Source of the DNA: an uncultured Candidatus Binatia bacterium
Lineage (GTDB): Bacteria; Desulfobacterota; Binatia; UBA9968; JAJDTQ01
NCBI GenBank assembly: GCA_965215605.1
Contig: OZ244070.1
Location: 3,360,001 to 3,424,000, forward strand
Reading direction: 5' to 3'
Length of the DNA: 64,000 nt
A model generated the notes under the pieces. It was not told the DNA's origin, ran no database searches, and saw nothing but the letters and a program-made list of their open reading frames with translations. Made by a program: the position numbers and the translations under genes. This document shows positions 61,123 through 64,000 of this stretch, piece by piece. Positions within the stretch are counted from its first letter, which is position 1. Each line of letters begins with the position of its first letter.

Positions 61123-61304
61123 CCACGGCTGGGGAAAAGGCCATCGAACAGCATGGCCCCCCTGGACCCCGGGTCAGGTCCGGGGTGACGGGAGGGGAGG
61201 CCACGGCTCGGGAAGAGACCGTCGAGCTGCGGGGCTCGTGGGTCAAGCCTCGGGATGCCGGAGGGCAGACCCAACGTCATCCCGAGGCTTGACCCACGAG
61301 CCCC
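61123..61304. repeat. BIME-like mosaic of REP elements and linkers
   Basis: 30-bp linker repeated at 61123 and 61201 (24/30), REP at 61163-61191, and a perfect 27-bp inverted repeat at 61231-61257/61278-61304. Confidence 0.75.
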
Positions 61305-61316
61305 ACCGACCACGGA

Positions 61317-62612
61317 TCACGACTCGAAGTAGCCTCCGACGATGGCGTCGTGCCAGAGACGGCACACCGGCGGAATGATGCCGCGCGGGAGGTCGTCGTA
61401 GGTGAGGCCCCAGGTGTGGATGCCGGCGCCCAGCGAGACGCAGGCGACCTTGGGCGCAGGGTCCATGGCCGCGTAGAGCGGCAGCGAGTCGCAGCACCGC
61501 TGGAGCGTTACGGTGTCGTCGTCGAGCCCGTGAAGCGAGAGCACGGAGGGAACCGGCTTGGCGCCGGGGCCCGGCAGTTCCCGCAGGTAACCGAGGTAGC
61601 GGTCGACAAGCTGTTGCTCGGCGGCGGCTCCCATCCTGAGGCGCCCGGCGGTGACCCGGGCCGCCTGTTCCAGCGCGGCGGCGCCGTTCTTGTGGACGAA
61701 GTCCTCGGCCTTGAAGTTGGTGCGTTTCCGGGACGCCTCCCACTTCTCCATCGTCAGCTCCATCAGCATGGGCAGGCCGTAGCCCTTGTCCTTGAGCCCT
61801 TCGTAGAGGTAGCGGGCGGTGTCGCGCCAGGTCCGCAGCCGCAGGTGGTTGAACGGGAACTCCCACCGGTCGCCGGTGGTGGCGGTGTAGATGTAGGCAA
61901 ACGTCGACGAGCCGTACCCCAGCACGCCCGCGACGTTGGCCACCCGTTGGGCCGTGATCATGGCGAAGGGTCCGCCGGTGGAGTGGCCGTGGACGTAGAT
62001 TGAATACTCGGATTCGGGGAACTCGCGGCGGCAGCTCTCCTTCAGCGCTTCCTCGAAGGCGACGGGCCAAGCGGCCATGCGATGGTAGAACTCGGTTCCC
62101 TCTCGGGCCACCAGCGAGATCACGGTGCCGTAGCTGCTGCGGCGGGCGTCGTCCCGAGCGACCTCGTACTGATCGGGGGTGATGTGGGTCTCCCGGGTCC
62201 ACAGCGGCGTCCGTCCGGTGCCGTCGGGCTCCAGCGTGTCGCCGGGCCAGTCACGGGAAGGGTCCAGGAGGTACAGGCGTCCCGGAAAGGTCATCAGCGT
62301 GACCTTGAAGCCGAACTTCGTGGCGAGCATGCGGGCCACCGGCTCCAGCGACTTGTAGTCCGACGTGCCGCCGTGCAGCAGGAAGATGCCGGCGCGCCTT
62401 CCGTCCGGGGCCATGGGGACCCGGCCCGGGTCCTTGGGCTCGTAGGTCATGGTGCCGATGTCCCAGTCCATGTCCAGGGCCTGGATGCGGAAGATGTCCT
62501 CGCGGTTTTCCACCGCGATATCGGGCAGCGCCAGGGTCTCCTCCGACAGCTTGACGACCTCGGGACGGGGAATGGTGCCGGGCGGCGCCCATGTGCCGGT
62601 TGGTTGATTCAT
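61317..62612 (-). CDS. Hypothetical alpha/beta-hydrolase-fold protein
   Basis: LLHGG oxyanion motif, nucleophile elbow GHSTGG, HGLDD and a C-terminal His. Confidence 0.65.
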   Translation of the reverse strand: MNQPTGTWAPPGTIPRPEVVKLSEETLALPDIAVENREDIFRIQALDMDWDIGTMTYEPKDPGRVPMAPDGRRAGIFLLHGGTSDYKSLEPVARMLATKFGFKVTLMTFPGRLYLLDPSRDWPGDTLEPDGTGRTPLWTRETHITPDQYEVARDDARRSSYGTVISLVAREGTEFYHRMAAWPVAFEEALKESCRREFPESEYSIYVHGHSTGGPFAMITAQRVANVAGVLGYGSSTFAYIYTATTGDRWEFPFNHLRLRTWRDTARYLYEGLKDKGYGLPMLMELTMEKWEASRKRTNFKAEDFVHKNGAAALEQAARVTAGRLRMGAAAEQQLVDRYLGYLRELPGPGAKPVPSVLSLHGLDDDTVTLQRCCDSLPLYAAMDPAPKVACVSLGAGIHTWGLTYDDLPRGIIPPVCRLWHDAIVGGYFES

Positions 62613-62663
62613 TCAGAGGACTCCGTTTCCTGAAGCAGAAGGTGAAGCGCGCGGCGCCGGCGT

Positions 62664-63968
62664 TCAGATGCCGAGGAGCCCCTTCTGGCCGTAGTAGTAT
62701 ACCCCGGCGAGGGCGCCGGTCATGAGGGTGGCGATGGTGGCGCCCACCAAGGCTCGGATGCCCAGCGACGAGAGGTCGCCGCGGCGCGAGGGCGCCAGCG
62801 CGCCGATGCCGCCGACGAACACCCCCACCGAGGCCACGTGGGCAAAACCACACAGGGTGTACGAGAGAATCAGGATGCCCCGCGGTGAAACCGCCCCCTC
62901 GGCCCCGAGCCTGCCGAGTTCCTGGTAAGCCACCACTTCCGTGAGGATGGCCCGCCCGCCCAGGATTCGGCCGGCGGGCACGAGGTCAGCTCCGGGCAGC
63001 CCCAGGAGCCAGGCGAGGGGCGTGAACAGCCATCCCAGGATGCGGCGGAGGTCCAGGGGCCCGCCCAGCGCATCGCTCAGCGGGGCCGTGAGCCTGACGA
63101 GCCCGTGGTCGATGAGCGCCACGGTTCCCAGGACCGCGATGAGCAGGGTGGCGATGCCGGCGGCCAGCTTGAGCCCTTCCCAGGATCCGTCCATCAACGC
63201 CGCCATGGTGTTCTGTTTGCGCTGGTCGTCGGCCATGGGCGGCACCGCTCCCAGGGTCTCCGGGGCTTCGGTTTCGGGCAGCATCAGCTTGGAAGCCAGG
63301 GCGGCGGCCGGAATGGACATGATGGACGCCGACACCAAGTGCCCGGTAATGAGCGGGAAGCTGTCCTTGAGGAACAGGACGTAGAGCGCCAGAGTCGTGG
63401 ACGCGACCGTCGCCATGCCGCACGTGAGCAGTGTCAGCAGTTCGGAGCGTGTCATGCGTTCGACATAGGGACGCACGGTCATGGCCGATTCCACGCCGAT
63501 AAAGATGTTGGAAGAACCGGCCAGGGACTCCGCGCCCGAGAGTGCCATGGTCCTGTGGAACAGAACGGCGAAGAGCCTCACGATGGGCTGCAGGAGGCGC
63601 AGGTGGTAGAGCGCCGCCATCAGGGATGCGAAGAACACCACCGCCGGCAACACCTGGGTGGCCAGGACGAAGCCTACCGACGGCGATCCTCCCGGAGTGG
63701 TCTCGCCCGGGTTGAGCGCCAGCGGACCGAACAGGAAACGGGCGCCTTCGTTTCCCGCCCTGAGGACCGTGATGACGGTGTCGTTGACCCATATAAGGAC
63801 GGTCCGCGTCCAGGGGGCCCAGAACACCACCGCGCCGAGGACCAGCATCAGGCCCCCGGCCGTGAGCACGGTACGCCAAGGCACCGGACGCCGGAAGCCG
63901 CCCGCGGCCCAGGCCAGGAATGCCAGTGCGATCAGGCCCCCAAGGGAGCCGAGGTTGAGCCAGCTCAT
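62664..63968 (-). CDS. Concentrative nucleoside transporter (CNT/NupC family)
   Basis: FLFG, VLP..VFF, IFIG..ES, MATVA and LCGFA motifs; multiple TM helices. Confidence 0.9.
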   Translation of the reverse strand: MSWLNLGSLGGLIALAFLAWAAGGFRRPVPWRTVLTAGGLMLVLGAVVFWAPWTRTVLIWVNDTVITVLRAGNEGARFLFGPLALNPGETTPGGSPSVGFVLATQVLPAVVFFASLMAALYHLRLLQPIVRLFAVLFHRTMALSGAESLAGSSNIFIGVESAMTVRPYVERMTRSELLTLLTCGMATVASTTLALYVLFLKDSFPLITGHLVSASIMSIPAAALASKLMLPETEAPETLGAVPPMADDQRKQNTMAALMDGSWEGLKLAAGIATLLIAVLGTVALIDHGLVRLTAPLSDALGGPLDLRRILGWLFTPLAWLLGLPGADLVPAGRILGGRAILTEVVAYQELGRLGAEGAVSPRGILILSYTLCGFAHVASVGVFVGGIGALAPSRRGDLSSLGIRALVGATIATLMTGALAGVYYYGQKGLLGI

Positions 63969-64000
63969 CGTGTTCCTTGAAAGGATTCCGAGGATGATGG

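Noticed and set aside
61123-61304. CRISPR array
   Set aside because: Only two degenerate units with palindromic REP-like inserts and no cas genes; no CRISPR, tRNA or rRNA recognised anywhere in the window.
61107-61313. LipA N-terminal extension containing a repeated DGLFPSRGL peptide
   Set aside because: It is a translation of the REP/BIME repeats; the real start is likely 61106.

Overview
High-GC bacterial chromosome segment; the gene content resembles Binatia/deltaproteobacteria-like lineages, which is inference only. From left to right it contains: a lower-GC defence-island edge (a >1470-aa DUF4011/SF1 helicase missing from the ORF track, plus mazEF); an unknown lipoprotein/TPR gene pair; ald; folD-gcvTHP-tatA; a SAM-I riboswitch-controlled moeB/thrC-like/sulfur-carrier/cysM operon; an intact IS630 with a probable footprint and a 60-bp MITE-like relative; a selenocysteine-containing (UxxC) AhpC/TSA redoxin with a SECIS-like hairpin; an uncharacterised catabolic cluster (LLM, hydantoinase A/B, SDR, aldolase, aminotransferase); a cobalamin uptake/salvage region with two cobalamin riboswitches, a tonB apparently frameshifted at a (GA)5 tract, and two internally deleted gene relics (a RelE/HigB toxin and a B12-independent methionine synthase); a three-subunit thiocyanate-hydrolase-like Co-type nitrile hydratase coupled to an M24 hydrolase; lipA; REP/BIME repeats; and a CNT nucleoside transporter. 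All calls come from manual reading and motif recognition; no searches were run.
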